From Nemertoderma westbladi (taxonomy: Eukaryota; Animalia; Xenacoelomorpha): a stretch of DNA of 44,729 nucleotides. The position numbers were made by a program, and so were the translations under genes. Below are positions 22,100 to 34,940 of the stretch, piece after piece (position 1 is the first letter of the stretch; each line of letters opens with the position of its first letter). The stretch is taken from contig JAUCBJ010002095.1 in the NCBI GenBank assembly GCA_032718475.1, positions 1 through 44,729 of the forward strand. Reading direction: 5' to 3'. The notes below the pieces were generated by a model. The model was not told where the DNA came from. It did not search any database and saw only the letters and a program-made list of their open reading frames with translations.

Positions 22100-22755
22100 A
22101 TTTACAAAAGTGAAGAATGCTGCTAAGAGTATAAGACCAATTGTGCCAGTGGAGTAGATATTGTACTCCCTGAGATCTTTAAAATACCTCTCAGTGTGTC
22201 TCTAGAGTGTCTCAGTGACCCCATGATCATAATATCTAACAGAGTACAATCATTTAGACAATGAGAGGAAACAAATAAGTTGGCCCCAGTCCGCAAGAAG
22301 GGCAACCTAACAATCTATGTATCTGGCTGGAATTTTGTTGATCTCGATTGCTGCAAAGCTATCCAATATAATTAAATTAAATCGCATCAGGGATCCAAAT
22401 GAGAGACTGCTATGTGGAAATCAGAATTGGATCCGTAAAGGTCGTAGGACCATGGAGCCTATTCTGATGCTTAGATAATGGAAGTGTTACAAAAATAAGA
22501 CAGGCATCTGGCTATCTTATTTCTTTGATTTCTCTTTGATTTCTTGAAGGCCTTCGATTCAGTCACCCGACCACGTATGTTCAGCATACTTGAATTATAT
22601 GGGATTCCTGAGGAATTTATTGCAGCAACACACTTTATGATGGTACAAAGACTATTGTGTCTGCCATTGATGGTGACACATCCATTCAAAGTATTATGCC
22701 GAGTTCTCCAGGAACTTACACCATTCTGATTCATAATTGCGGTTGACTATGTATG
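22100..22755 (+). mobile_element. RTE-like LINE reverse transcriptase fragment
   Basis: Degenerate translation gives PVRKKGNL, IAAKL, NQN..RKGR, DFLKAFDSVTRPRMFSILELYGIPE, and VLQ..PF.FIIAVDY. Confidence 0.75.
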
Positions 22756-24727
22756 TTCTAGCATAATAATGGATGGAGGGATAATTTCTGGTAAATAATT
22801 ACGAATAAATAGTAAATGTATTAGTAAAAAGCACGATTCTGAATTATGACATTGAACTACATAGTAGTTTAAATGTTATTTCAATAAAAACATAATTTTC
22901 ATACAAATATTTATTACAAGGTTTCAATCATACCAATATTAAGATTGTATTTCCACCTTGTTTTTAATTACAGTCACAAAAATAAGGGGCCTATGGCCTT
23001 AAAATAATGTTCGTCGAGCCATAAGGTTTGTAATCCTCAGCACAGAATATGGTCGAAATTCTGCATGGACATCTGTCTGGTTTTCCATGCGTTTGTCTCT
23101 TGATTAGATATCAGCTATTTAGCAATGTTATTCAGTCATGTTTGATACGAGTGAATTAGAGTAAAAGCTTATTTGAAAATTACAGCGAATGTCACTCAGC
23201 AACGGCTCGAAAATCATGAAGAAAGTTTCTGAGTTTAACTGCCTATTTAGACAGTACCGGTACTCAAAAATATCATTAATGTGTCAGGTCATGAGTAACA
23301 AAGCCGAGACTGTATCAGAGGTAGTCATTTTAATTGATAAACATTGACTATTGTGTGAAAATTGTACATTTTCTCCTCGGAAATGTTCATCTCTGTGTGA
23401 AGTTAAATCTCTATGTGTATAATCTACTTTGTAAAGCAGTGGATACATTCAAAGAAGTAGATTGCATAATAGATTTCATTGAAGTAGAATTGTGTTTATT
23501 TGTAAAATTATTATATAATATATTTATCTTATATTAGCAGGGAAATAAAATTTGTCTTAAATTTAATTAATATTGAAAACATTCAGAAATAAAAGCAAAT
23601 AACAAAACTTACTGTTAAGATATTGTTTAAATTCAAAATATTCCAAGAAGTAAGCCACTCATGACCAAAATAGTGTTCTAATATGTATACATATATATAG
23701 TTTGCAATGACAAATGATTGTCTGGTAGAAATATTTACGATGAAAAATAAAGATAATACATCAAATGTAATACACTATATAGATTCACATTTATCCAATG
23801 TTTGATATCTACGACGACTTGAGTGGGCTTATGGCATTAATATTATAAACAATAAATTAGGTGGTCTAATGGTGGGTCCTTGTGGTTTGGTTGCTGTTAA
23901 ATTGAGGTAATATTAGAACATGACCTATTGTATTGTTTATATGGGTTTAATTTATTTTTGTTGACCTACATACTACTACAACAACTACAGTAACATAATC
24001 ATCTAATGCAACATACAAACATTTCTACATAAAAATATAACATGATTTTATTGCACATTTTTTAAGGAACCTGAAGTTAAAAATATGGTATTATTCCCTT
24101 ACAATGATTTACCTCCCTTCAGCACATAATTTACATAATAGTAGCACGGTTGTAGTATTACAACTACCCAAGGATTCTAGTGTTCTTATACTTATGCTGT
24201 CTGTATTTTACGTTCTGCGTTGTCATTGGCAACAACATGTTCGAACTTCACATCATTTAACAAAACTGCACTTCATGCTGGAATTTAATTTTTATCTGCA
24301 TGACAAAGTAAAGGTGCAAGTTCCTCATGCGTGGTGTTTGAAATGTTCTAAACCAGATATTATTTTGGCATTCAATTCGCACGAATTTGTAGAATATTCG
24401 GTGTATTCTTATAACTTCTTTGATTTCTACTGAGTATTTACATAGAATTCTATATAAATTCGAAATTATGATTGTAGTGCATGACTGCTAACAGATCACT
24501 AGACTATATCTACTGATCCAATAAACAGTTAATATAAAAACAGAATAACTATCCTTTATCACAATAGAAGATGATGAATGATATTCTATTCTGAGCACAG
24601 CAATACAATGCTATGCTAATAATGATCTTCAAAGCAAACAATCTTTCACTACCGTTGTTTCCAACTAAATATCACCAATGCTACCGAACAGCATTCAATA
24701 ACCATATTCAGATCAATCATATAGTTA

Positions 24728-25265
24728 TCAAAGATTAGAACTAGCTGTGTTGCAACGCGGTCTAATACCCGGTCCAGAGATAGTAGAATATCTTACAGAA
24801 ACCCTTCTCTTCCAACTTCTACAGGTCAACAGTTTATAGAAACTAATCCTGAACACCTTATTAAACAAGGTGTAAATGATGGGGTTTAGAGAACTGTTGA
24901 GATAACCTAGCCACAGTACGAAGGCCTGTACTTCCACTGAAACGTGAACATTCGATAAAAAATTCAAGTAATAAACTATAAAAAATGGAGTCCAACAAAT
25001 TGTGAAGCAGATGAATACTATCCCGAGGACGTTGATAGCCTTGCGTTGTGGACTAATTGGACTTCGAAAGTTGCTGCTGCTTGAAGCCTTGCTGGTTAAT
25101 GTGTAATGCCGCCTAAGAGTCACAGGGGATCCTTTAGATGGACTAACATCTGGTGGGGGTATAGACAATCCCATTATTCCATTGTTTAAAGATTCCATCA
25201 TAATTCCTTTGCTTATTTTCATGCATTTCGGCTTTTCTTCTTTATTGAGTGCATGCACCGATAAA
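24728..25265 (-). CDS. Biogenic amine class-A GPCR, last coding exon (ICL3, TM6, TM7, C-tail)
   Basis: QRKAINVLGIVFICFTICWTPFF (CWxP) and LWLGYLNSSLNPIIYTLFNKVFR (aminergic WLGY, NPxxY, helix 8). Acceptor ttccttttaccAG-like polypyrimidine/AG at 25266-25267; the phase-2 join gives IIFYSLSVHAL. Confidence 0.92.
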
Positions 25266-25577
25266 CTGGTAAAGGAATTGAAAATAAGTTATTAAATAAG
25301 ATACTAACTAACTACTTAATTTAACTAATAAAAAAAATAAGAAAATATAGTGAACACAACCATAAACCTACTTCACCACTGTAAAATAAGACAATAATAA
25401 CATAACTTATAATTTACTTTGTTAATATGAAAAATGGTACAGTGGTTTTGATTATTACCAGTTAAAAAGGCGATTTGGAAAGGCAAGCATATCTGTCAGC
25501 CACAGGGAGGAGTGATGTATGCATTTAGAAATGCATACTGAATACCATTAACGAAAACTAATTAATGATTGTGTTAC

Positions 25578-25731
25578 CTGTAAAATATAATCATCAGAAC
25601 CAGAGGCAAGAAGAAGGAACCAATAGCTGAATATATGATAAACCCATCGCTCTTTGTGTTAAAGTTGCATTGTATCTGACCATTGACTGGGTAGACAATC
25701 GCTTCAGGGTCTAGACCAGCAAGCACAAAAC
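25578..25731 (-). CDS. Biogenic amine GPCR, internal exon (TM4 end, ECL2, TM5)
   Basis: FVLAGLDPEAIV...QC(ECL2 Cys)...FIIYSAIGSFFLPLVLMIIFY. Acceptor ttcttctactttAG and donor AG|GTAACA; in frame with the next exon. Confidence 0.9.
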
Positions 25732-26939
25732 CTAAAGTAGAAGAATGAATTGAATACAAAGGAAGGACCGGATACAAGCGTTATTTTACAATATGTATTA
25801 TGTGTTATTGTCATTGCAAAATGTATTATGACACCGATGAAAACTGATAGAAGATGTATGAAGGGTTTGGTTTCAAACCAAGGCTGTTGGTGCTGAATAT
25901 GTTGGCTAGCCAAATTAAAGTTATAGTTCACCAAATACGGTATTAATTGGACTTGATTCACGCGACATGAATTAATATACACTTTCACGTAGGTTTATAT
26001 TAACTTGTCCTTCTATGTCAAGGTCAGAGAATCCTAACGAGGAGAAAAATACTATTACCTCTCTCCCAAGATTTACGAGGTTCTAGCATTTTAACTTCCT
26101 CTTAAGGAAAATACAAACTGGACGTTATAGAATGCTAATGAGGCTCTCATGGATTCATGCTCGAGAGATATAACGTTAAATTACTCAAATTTTTTATTTT
26201 TAAGATTTATTTTATCAACAAATTCACAGTGAATTTTATATAATAATTAACAGCTTGGGGATAAAATGAATAAATTATATATTATTAGTTATTATAATTT
26301 ACCTACTTAGAGCGTTATATTCCCTGGACTAAATAGTTATATATTCTGTGTAATCGGTAATGTGTGTTTATTTATTTCTTCCTTTGGTCTATAAATACAT
26401 ACATATGTAGAAGGAATCCTAATATACATAATACAAATATGATATAGATCATCATGATGGACATTTAATAATTGAATTAATGGCTCATTTCCCTCCCAAT
26501 AATACAATAAAGCCACAATTCCCTGCCAAAATACACCAGTTGCAGGACGTCAGGATTATTACAGTGAAGGTATATATGATCTATTGATACCAGAGCGTTG
26601 CAACAGCAAGGTGATGCTGATCAACATGTTGAGATCTTTGTATAATGGTTTGTTCAGGAGGTGAAGAGAGCAAATTTGAAAACTATAAAGTGTTCATTAT
26701 ATATATGCAGTACCAAAACTCATCCTCATGCGAAACCATTGGCTGTTCGAATTGGAGAGCAAAGATTTGAAGAAATGTGTTATAACAATTTGGTAAATGA
26801 TAAAATTTTGCTAGGAGGTACAAAAGCCCTTTCAAATTAAAATTTCATCTTGAGTAATCTATAAACTTAACAATTTTTCAGGTGAATATTAGATGCGTTT
26901 CAAAGCACCACCCCCCTCGATCTATATCGCACCGAATCT

Positions 26940-28514
26940 CTCTATTAACCCCGGGGGTGGGTCAATATGACCCCTCCCCCCGGGGTTTTTCGGTTATAAC
27001 TCTGAAACCAACGCAGTGGGGGGGTCTAAAATTTTATGACTTTTCCTAAAAATCTATTCTCTTCCTAATAGTGAAAACGGTTTTCATAAATATTGGAAGT
27101 TTTCGAGTTATAGCAACATTTTTTAACCCTACTTTTGACACTTTTTTAAGGCGTATTTTGAAAATTACATTTCATGAAATATTAATTGTAACATCTCAAT
27201 TTTTTATTTACACCGGTTTTTTGGTGTTTGCAATTAGATGGAATTCATATGAATAAATTTAGAAAATTCAAACTTGTTTTTTTCGGCGGTGCCTATTTTA
27301 CTGCCAGCACCAAATTTTGAAATATGTCACTTTTGTAAATTGGTTGTTTGAACCTGTTTTTTGCACAATAGGGGTTTTTAAGGGTTCTTATTTCGATGGA
27401 ATATATACCAGTTGTACCAGGATTATCAAACTTGTACTGTGTGCAATCTGGTGTGCAAAATTTAAATGCCAGCACGAAATTTTGAAAATCCATTCAATAT
27501 TTCAATTGCTTGTGACAACTTATTTCTAGCGTTTTAGAGGTTTATGGTGGTTCTGAATTCAATGGAATAAATAATTATCTAACTAGACATCTCAAACTTG
27601 TTTTTTTTTGGAAGTGGGTGCAAAATTTGGTGCTAGCACCAAATTTTGAAAACCATCAAATATATCAATTGATTGTGTCACCTTGTTTTTTGCGTTATAC
27701 GGGTATGTGAGTGTTCTGAATTCAATGGAACAAGTAAAAATTCCATAAGAGTTTTTTTCAAACCTGTATTTTTCGCCGGTGGGTGAAATTAGTTTTGTGC
27801 CAGCACCAAATTTTTGAAAATAAGCAAAACGATCGATATATAGTATCTCATTGTAACTTGCGTTATTCGGGTTTATGAGGGTCCTGAATCCGATAGAATC
27901 AATAAAAACCGCACTGGACATCTCAAACTTGTACTTTTTGGTGATGGGTACGAAATTTGGTGCTAGCACCAAAATTTCCCATATTACGCCGAAAAATATG
28001 ATTAGCAGTGATCTGGCAAATTAGAAATATATTCCATTAGAATCAGCGCCCCAGAAAACCTAAAAAGGTGAATTTATAGCATCTTATAAGTTAATTAAAA
28101 ATTTTGTGTTCAAACTGAAAAGTGCTGGTTACTTCTTTTTTTTATTTTTTGCCTACGTAGAGGACTAAAACATCCATTTACAGTAATCAGATCAATTTTA
28201 AATATTTTAAAATGGATTTTGCGCCCCAGAAACCCTGTCTTGGAAAACAATTAGCCGAAAATTGTAAATTTCAAATTTTATGAAAATTGTTCACATTTTG
28301 GTGCTGCAAAAAAACCACCCCAGTACCAATTTTTTTTTCGGTCGGTTTCGGATTAGTGAAATCTAGGTACAAACGAAAAATCTGACGTTTTCGTTAAAAT
28401 TTGTAGATTGTAGGGGGGGGGGGGGGGGGGGGGGTCAATAAGACCCACCCCCCCCCCCCCCCGCCCCCACCCCCTGGTATTTGTACAACATTTTATAGCC
28501 CGGTACTAATAGGG
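26940..28514. mobile_element. Non-autonomous piggyBac-like element, copy 2
   Basis: Colinear with 17119-18685 in the same orientation. Right end CCCGGTACTAATAGGG-TTAA is identical; the left end is degraded (ctctattaaccccggg). Confidence 0.85.
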
Positions 28515-28760
28515 TTAAGTGAGAGGCAACAAAAGATGTATGCATGATTATGAGAAAAGTAATTCAAACCTAGCTGTTAGATTGAGTTCCAAATTGCCGT
28601 ACTCACAGAACTCACCATATTATTTAATATTTTGCAATTGAACAGTTTAAGATCAGTTCAAGTAAATGCTACCAAGACCGAATTCATGTGTTTTAATGTT
28701 AATGAAATTTTTCCACAAAATTTATAATGAATGTGAAAATCTTTTAGGCTGATTAAGCCA

Positions 28761-31700
28761 AGGAATGCCTGTTCACCACCATAATGGGTGATCTTCCACA
28801 GTAAACCCTTCCACTCTGTTTTATAAATGAATACCTGTTCACCACCATGGGTGATCTTCCGCAGTAAACCCTTCAACTCTTGTTTCCTAAAGGAATGCCT
28901 GTTCACCACCATGGATGATCCTCCACAGTAAACCCTTCGACTCTGTTTCCTAAATGAATGCCTGTTCACCACCATGGATGATCCTCCACAATAAACCCTT
29001 CCACTCTATTTCCTAAAGGAATGAATGTTCACCACCATGGGTGATATTCAACAGTAAACCCTTCCACTCTGTTTCTTAAAGGAATGCCTGTTCACCACCA
29101 TGGGTGATATTCCACAGTAAACCCTTCCATTATGGTCCTAAATTAATGCCTGTTCACCACCATGGATGATCCTCCACAATAAACCCTTCCACTCTGTTTC
29201 CTATATGAATGTCTGTTCATCACCATGGATGATCTTCCACAGTAAACCCTTCCACTCTGTTTCCTATAGGAATGCCTGTTCACCGCCATGGGTGATCTTC
29301 CACAGTATACCCTTCCACTCTTTGTCCCAAATTAATGCCTGTTCACCACACCATCGGTGATCTTCCACAGTAAACCCTTCCACTCTGTTTCCTAAAGGAA
29401 TGCCTGTTCACCACCATGGATGATCCTCCACAATAAACCCTTCCACTCTGTTTCCTATATGAATGTCTGTTCATCACCATGGATGATCTTCCACAGTAAA
29501 CCCTTCCACTCTGTTTCCTAAAGGAATGCCTGTTCACCACCATCGGTGCTCTTCCACAGAAAACCCTTCCACTCTGTTTCCTAAATGAATGCCTGTTCAC
29601 CACACCATCGGTGATCTTCCACAGTAAACCCTTCCACTCTGTTTCCTAAATGAATGTCTGTTCATCACCATGGATGATCTTCCACAGTAAACTCTTCCAC
29701 TCTGTTTCCTAAAGGAATGCCTGTTCACCACCATCGATCTTCCACAGTAAACCCTTCCACTCTGTTTCCTAAATGAATGTCTGTTCATCACCATGGATGA
29801 TCTTCCACAGTAAACCCTTCCACTCTGTTTCCTAAAGGAATGCCTGTTCACCGCCATGGGTGATCTTCCACAGTACACCCTTCCACTCTTTTTCCTAAAT
29901 GAATGCCTGTTCACCACCATCGGTGATCTTCCACAGTAAACCTTTCCACTCTGTTCCCTAAAGGAATACCTGTTCACCACCATGGGTGATCTTCCACAGT
30001 AAACCCTACCACGCTGTTTCCTAAAGGAATACCTGTTCACCAGTATGGGTGATCTTCCACAGTAAACCCTTCCACTCTGTTTCCTATATGAATGTCTGTT
30101 CATCACCATGGATGATCTTCCACAGTAAACCCTTCCACTCTGTTTCCTAAAGGAATGCCTGTTCACCGCCATGGGTGATCTTCCACAGTATACCCTTCCA
30201 CTCTTTGTCCCAAATTAATGCCTGTTCACTACCATCGGTGTTCTTCCACAGAAAACCCTTCCACTCTGTTTCCTAAATGAATGCCTGTTCACCACCATCG
30301 GTGATCTTCCACAGTAAACCCTTCCACTCTGTTTCCTAAATGAATGTCTGTTCATCGCCATGGATGATCTTCCACAGTAAACTCTTCCACTCTGTTTCCT
30401 AAAGGAATGCCTGTTCACCGCCATGGGTGATCTTCCACAGTATACCCTTCCACTCTTTTTCCTAAATGAATGCCTGTTCACCACCATCGGTGATCTTCCA
30501 CAGTAAACCCTTCCACTCTGTTTCCTAAATGAATGCCTGTTCACCACCGTCGGTGATCTTCCACAGTAAACCCTTCCACTCTGTTTCCTAAATGAATGCA
30601 TGTTCGCCAACATCAGTGATCTTCCACAGTAAACCCTTCCACTCTGTTTCCTAAATGAATGCATGTTCACCACCATCGGTGATCTTCCACAGTAAACCCT
30701 TCCACTCTGTTTCCTAAATGAATGCCTGTTCACCACCATCGGTGATCTTCCACAGTAAACCCTTCCACTCTGTTTCCTAAATGAATGCCTGTTCACCACC
30801 GTCGGTTATCTTCCACAGTAAACCATTCCACTCTGTTTCCTAAATGAATGCCTGTTCACCAACATCAGTGATCTTCCACAGTAAACCCTTCAACTCTGTT
30901 TCCTAAAGTAATACCTGTTCACCACCATCGGTGATCTTCCAAAGTAAACCCTTCCACTCTGTTTCCTAAATGAATGCCTGTTCACCACCATCAGTGATCT
31001 TCCACAGTAACCCTTCCACTCTGGTCCTAAATTAATGCCTGTTCACCACCATGGATGATCTTCCACAGTAAACCCTTCCACTCTGTTTCCTATATGAATC
31101 TCTGTTCATCACCATGGATGATCTTCCATAGTAAACCCTAACCACTCTGTTTCCTAAAGGAATGCCTGTTAACCACCATCGATCTTCCACAGTAAACCCT
31201 TCCACTCTGTTTCCTAAATGAATGTCTGTTCATCACCATGGATGATCTTCCACAGTAAACTCTTCCACTCTGTTTCCTAAAGGAATGCCTGTTCACCGCC
31301 ATGGGTGATCTTCCACAGTATACCCTTCCACTCTTTTTCCTAAATGAATGCCTGTTCACCACCATCGGTGATCTTCCACAGTAAACCCTTCCACTCTGTT
31401 TCCTAAATGAATGCCTGTTCACCACCGTCGGTGATCTTCCACAGTAAACCCTTCCACTCTGTTTCCTAAATGAATGCCTGTTCGCCAACATCAGTGATCT
31501 TCCACAGTAAACCCTTCCACTCTGTTTCCTAAATGAATGCCTGTTCACCACCATCGGTGATCTTCCACAGTAAACCCTACCACGCTGTTTCCTAAAGGAA
31601 TACCTGTTCACCAGTATGGGTGATCTTCCACAGTAAACCCTTCCACTCTGTTTCCTATATGAATGTCTGTTCATCACCATGGATGATCTTCCACAGTAAA

Positions 31701-32437
31701 CCCTTCCACTCTGTTTCCTAAAGGAATGCCTGTTCACCGCCATGGGTGATCTTCCACAGTATACCCTTCCACTCTTTGTCCCAAATTAATGCCTGTTCAC
31801 TATCATCGGTGTTCTTCCACAGAAAACCCTTCCACTCTGTTTCCTAAATGAATGCCTATTCACCACCATCGGTGATCTTCCACAGTAAACCCTTCCACTC
31901 TGTTTCCTAAATGAATGTCTGTTCATCGCCATGGATGATCTTCCACAGTAAACTCTTCCACTCTGTTTCCTAAAGGAATGCCTGTTCACCGCCATGGGTG
32001 ATCTTCCACAGTATACCCTTCCACTCTTTTTCCTAAATGAATGCCTGTTCACCACCATCGGTGATCTTCCACAGTAAACCCTTCCACTCTGTTTCCTAAA
32101 TGAATGCCTGTTCACCACCATCGGTGATCTTCCACAGTAAACCCTTCCACACTGTTTCCTAAATGAATGCCTGTTCACCACCGTCGGTGATCTTTCACAG
32201 TAAACCATTCCACTCTGTTTCCTAAATGAATGCCTGTTCACCAACATCAGTGATCTTCCACAGTAAACCCTTCAACTCTGTTTCCTAAAGTAATACCTGT
32301 TCACCACCATCGGTGATCTTCCACAGTAAACCCTTCCACTCTGTTTCCTAAATGAATGCCTGTTCATCACCATGGATGATCTTCCACAGTAAACTCTTCC
32401 ACTCTGTTTCCTAAAGGAATGCCTGTTCACCGCCATG
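28761..32437. repeat. 63-bp tandem satellite, ~58 copies, ~3.7 kb
   Basis: Consensus GAATGCCTGTTCACCACCATCGGTGATCTTCCACAGTAAACCCTTCCACTCTGTTTCCTAAAT. Units are contiguous with no unique spacers. It yields the 21-aa repeat ORFs in the track. Confidence 0.97.
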
Positions 32438-32539
32438 ACTATCTGTTGGTACTTGTGATTGTGTCACTAAGTACTCAGTACTGCAGCAATCAGATACCAA
32501 CTTTTTACTTTAGGCCTATCGGTTTGGGAAGTTGGGAAA

Positions 32540-34940
32540 ATGCTTGGGGAACATGAGCCCGATATTCAGACTACCCCTACCCCAACTGTGCCTCTAAACA
32601 CGCCAGGCGGTCCACCGAACGGTCAGTCCACGAATAAAGGTCGAGGCGCTAAGCGTCCTCGAATAAGAAGTAGTGACTCCGCAACACCATCCATTAACAC
32701 CATCCCACCTGGAGACCGGTCAAACTTCGTATTCGGCAATGCGCAAACCTCAGGCCCGGATCAAAACAGCCAAGTTATACTTCCAACTACCGGTAATTAT
32801 CTCGAGTTGTTACAGTTGATACCAGGGATAAAGGAGGGAGTTGATACATTACAGTTATCGTTTAATGACGCCACGGCTACGATTCATAGCAACTCCTGGA
32901 GGTTAGACTCCTTGCATCGACGCCAGGTTGAAACTGAAAAACTTATATCGAGCCGTTGTCTAATAGTAGCTGGTTTCCCGGAAGGTACAAGCAATGAAGT
33001 ACCGGTACTCGAGGATGTGATGGGTGAGTTTATCAGCGGACGACGGACAACCACTTAATATTGAGCGAATATTTAGATTGGGACTCCTGAAACGAAACGC
33101 ACGCAGTCGTCCAATTAAGGTGGAGTTTCTAAGTCTTAAAACGCGGAATTTGGTGCTAGAAGCTGCTCGAAATCGCCTTGGTAAGGATTCGTCGATTCGC
33201 TTCTCAGAAGATCTGCCAGTGGAGTTACGCCAACAGCGCGACACACTATCCCGACTGGCACGTGAGGCAACCACACTCGGTATGAGTAGCGCGGTCCGTG
33301 GAAACAAGCTTCTCTTGAATGGCAGCTCCATCAGCGGGTGGGAAGTTTATTCATCCCCGAATATAAGTTTATCGGCCATTCTCGGACGGGGCCAGTACCA
33401 TTATCCAGCTGTATTGAATCCCTCTACCCCCGAACACTGCCCACCCTACCAACTGAACCAGTTCCACCACGCTCATCCAGTACGACCAGTAACACCACCC
33501 TCATCTGTGAGGAATAACCCCTATACCGGATCTGGAAACCCACATTCCGCATCCGCTTTAGACGACCAGCCAGTCTCGGCCGGTAATGCTTACGGTAACG
33601 GTGGTTACATTTCTACCCAGTATACACGACCGCGACCAAGCGCTGTGTATTGCCCTACAGTCTTTCACCCTGGTCGACCAGAACTTCCAAGCTATATTCG
33701 ACCAGGTCCACCGCCCAGTGTCAATACCAGATACTGGTACCCTACTATGAGTCAGACTAATGCGCCATCTATCGGAGGTGATGGTGAGAATGGATGGCAG
33801 GTCGTTGTGAACCAAAATAAAAATTCAAGAAAATCCTATCCCGCAGTCCGAGACAGTATGTTATTGAATAACAAATTTGGAGTGCTTATGGACCTCGATG
33901 ATGGTGGTGTGGAAGCGATTACTCAGAGTCAAAATCATACGATCTGCTCTGTACCCAATACCTATATGTCTACTATTAGTAGTAACGATGTACGAATCAG
34001 TAGAAGTTTGTATTTAGCTGGTGTTAATGACGATATACCCCATTCTGTTACGGTGAATGATGTACCAAACAGTAGTAGTCAGTTTATATCTGGTGCTAAT
34101 AACGATATACCCCATCCTGTTATGGTGAATGATGTACCAAACAGTAGTAGTCAGTTTATATCTGGTGCTAATAACGATATACCCCATTCTGTTACGGTGA
34201 ATGATGAACCAAATAGGAGTAGTCTGTATATAGCTGGTGCTAATGGCGATATATCCCACACTGTTACAATGAATGACGACAGTACTCCTCATTATGTAAC
34301 GGTAAATGAAGAAACAAACAGCTCAAATATTTCGACTGGTGTGAATAGTTTTGTCGGAAGTGTGACAGAAAATTATTTTTCAAATAAAACCAGTGAAGTA
34401 GTGCACAAAAAATGCGCACGCAGTGACAGTATGGATACGTGTATAAGTAACCTGCGTATGAGAAACAATATGCCTCCTATACCCAGCTCAGTTGTAGGTG
34501 TGTCTAGTTGTGCAATCAATTATCGCACTAGTGTAGCTACAGCTCCAGCGCATAGTATATCAGTTTCTACTTCTAACAGTATTAGAAGTTATTCTTATGA
34601 TAATATCAATGAGTTTCACTGCCCTGATTCCGTCGGCTGTTCTAATGATATAAACTTTCAATTTTCCAATAACTGTAAACCCAGTTCTAGGAAACCCAAA
34701 AACCCAAAAGGCGTTAGTTTTGGCCACTGCCCAAGGGGGCGCAACACAAAGCGTCAAGAATCGACATCGCGCCGCGTTACGCGATCTAACTCGGGTAACA
34801 GAATAAGCCAACGGTCCCAGAGCAGTGGTATCGTTACTGTTGTAGGAGTGTCTAACATTGCTGTAGGAAATAGTGTAGCCAATCAATGTGCTCAAACGAC
34901 TGCAAACCCTCATCTGCCAGACAGCCTCTATCTGGACTAA
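32540..34940 (+). CDS. LINE ORF1 protein (L1-like RRM + CTD, long low-complexity extension), frameshift near 33030
   Basis: Coiled-coil-like segment, then CLIVAGFPE...IERIFRLG...RPIKVEF...IRFSEDLP..LRQQR...NKLLLNG. Split between track ORFs 32540-33058 and 33024-34940. Confidence 0.85.
34011..34280 (+). repeat. 72-bp (24-aa) in-frame tandem repeat inside ORF1, ~3.7 copies
   Basis: YLAGVNDDIPHSVTVNDVPNSSSQ, FISGANNDIPHPVMVNDVPNSSSQ and similar copies. Confidence 0.9.

Noticed and set aside
26530-26800. Possible missing GPCR TM3 exon (VSIDHIY resembling ISIDRY)
   Set aside because: No DRY, no TM3 Asp context and no convincing open exon with splice sites.
28761-32437. CRISPR array or real repeat-protein gene
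   Set aside because: Units are contiguous with no unique spacers, there are no cas genes and the context is eukaryotic. The ORFs are broken by frameshifts and are a by-product of a 63-bp unit.
33020-33040. Intron or programmed frameshift joining the two ORF1 halves (G|GTGAGT...CAG)
   Set aside because: The GT..AG span is only ~13 nt and no slippery heptamer is evident. A small deletion is simpler given the other lesions in this copy.
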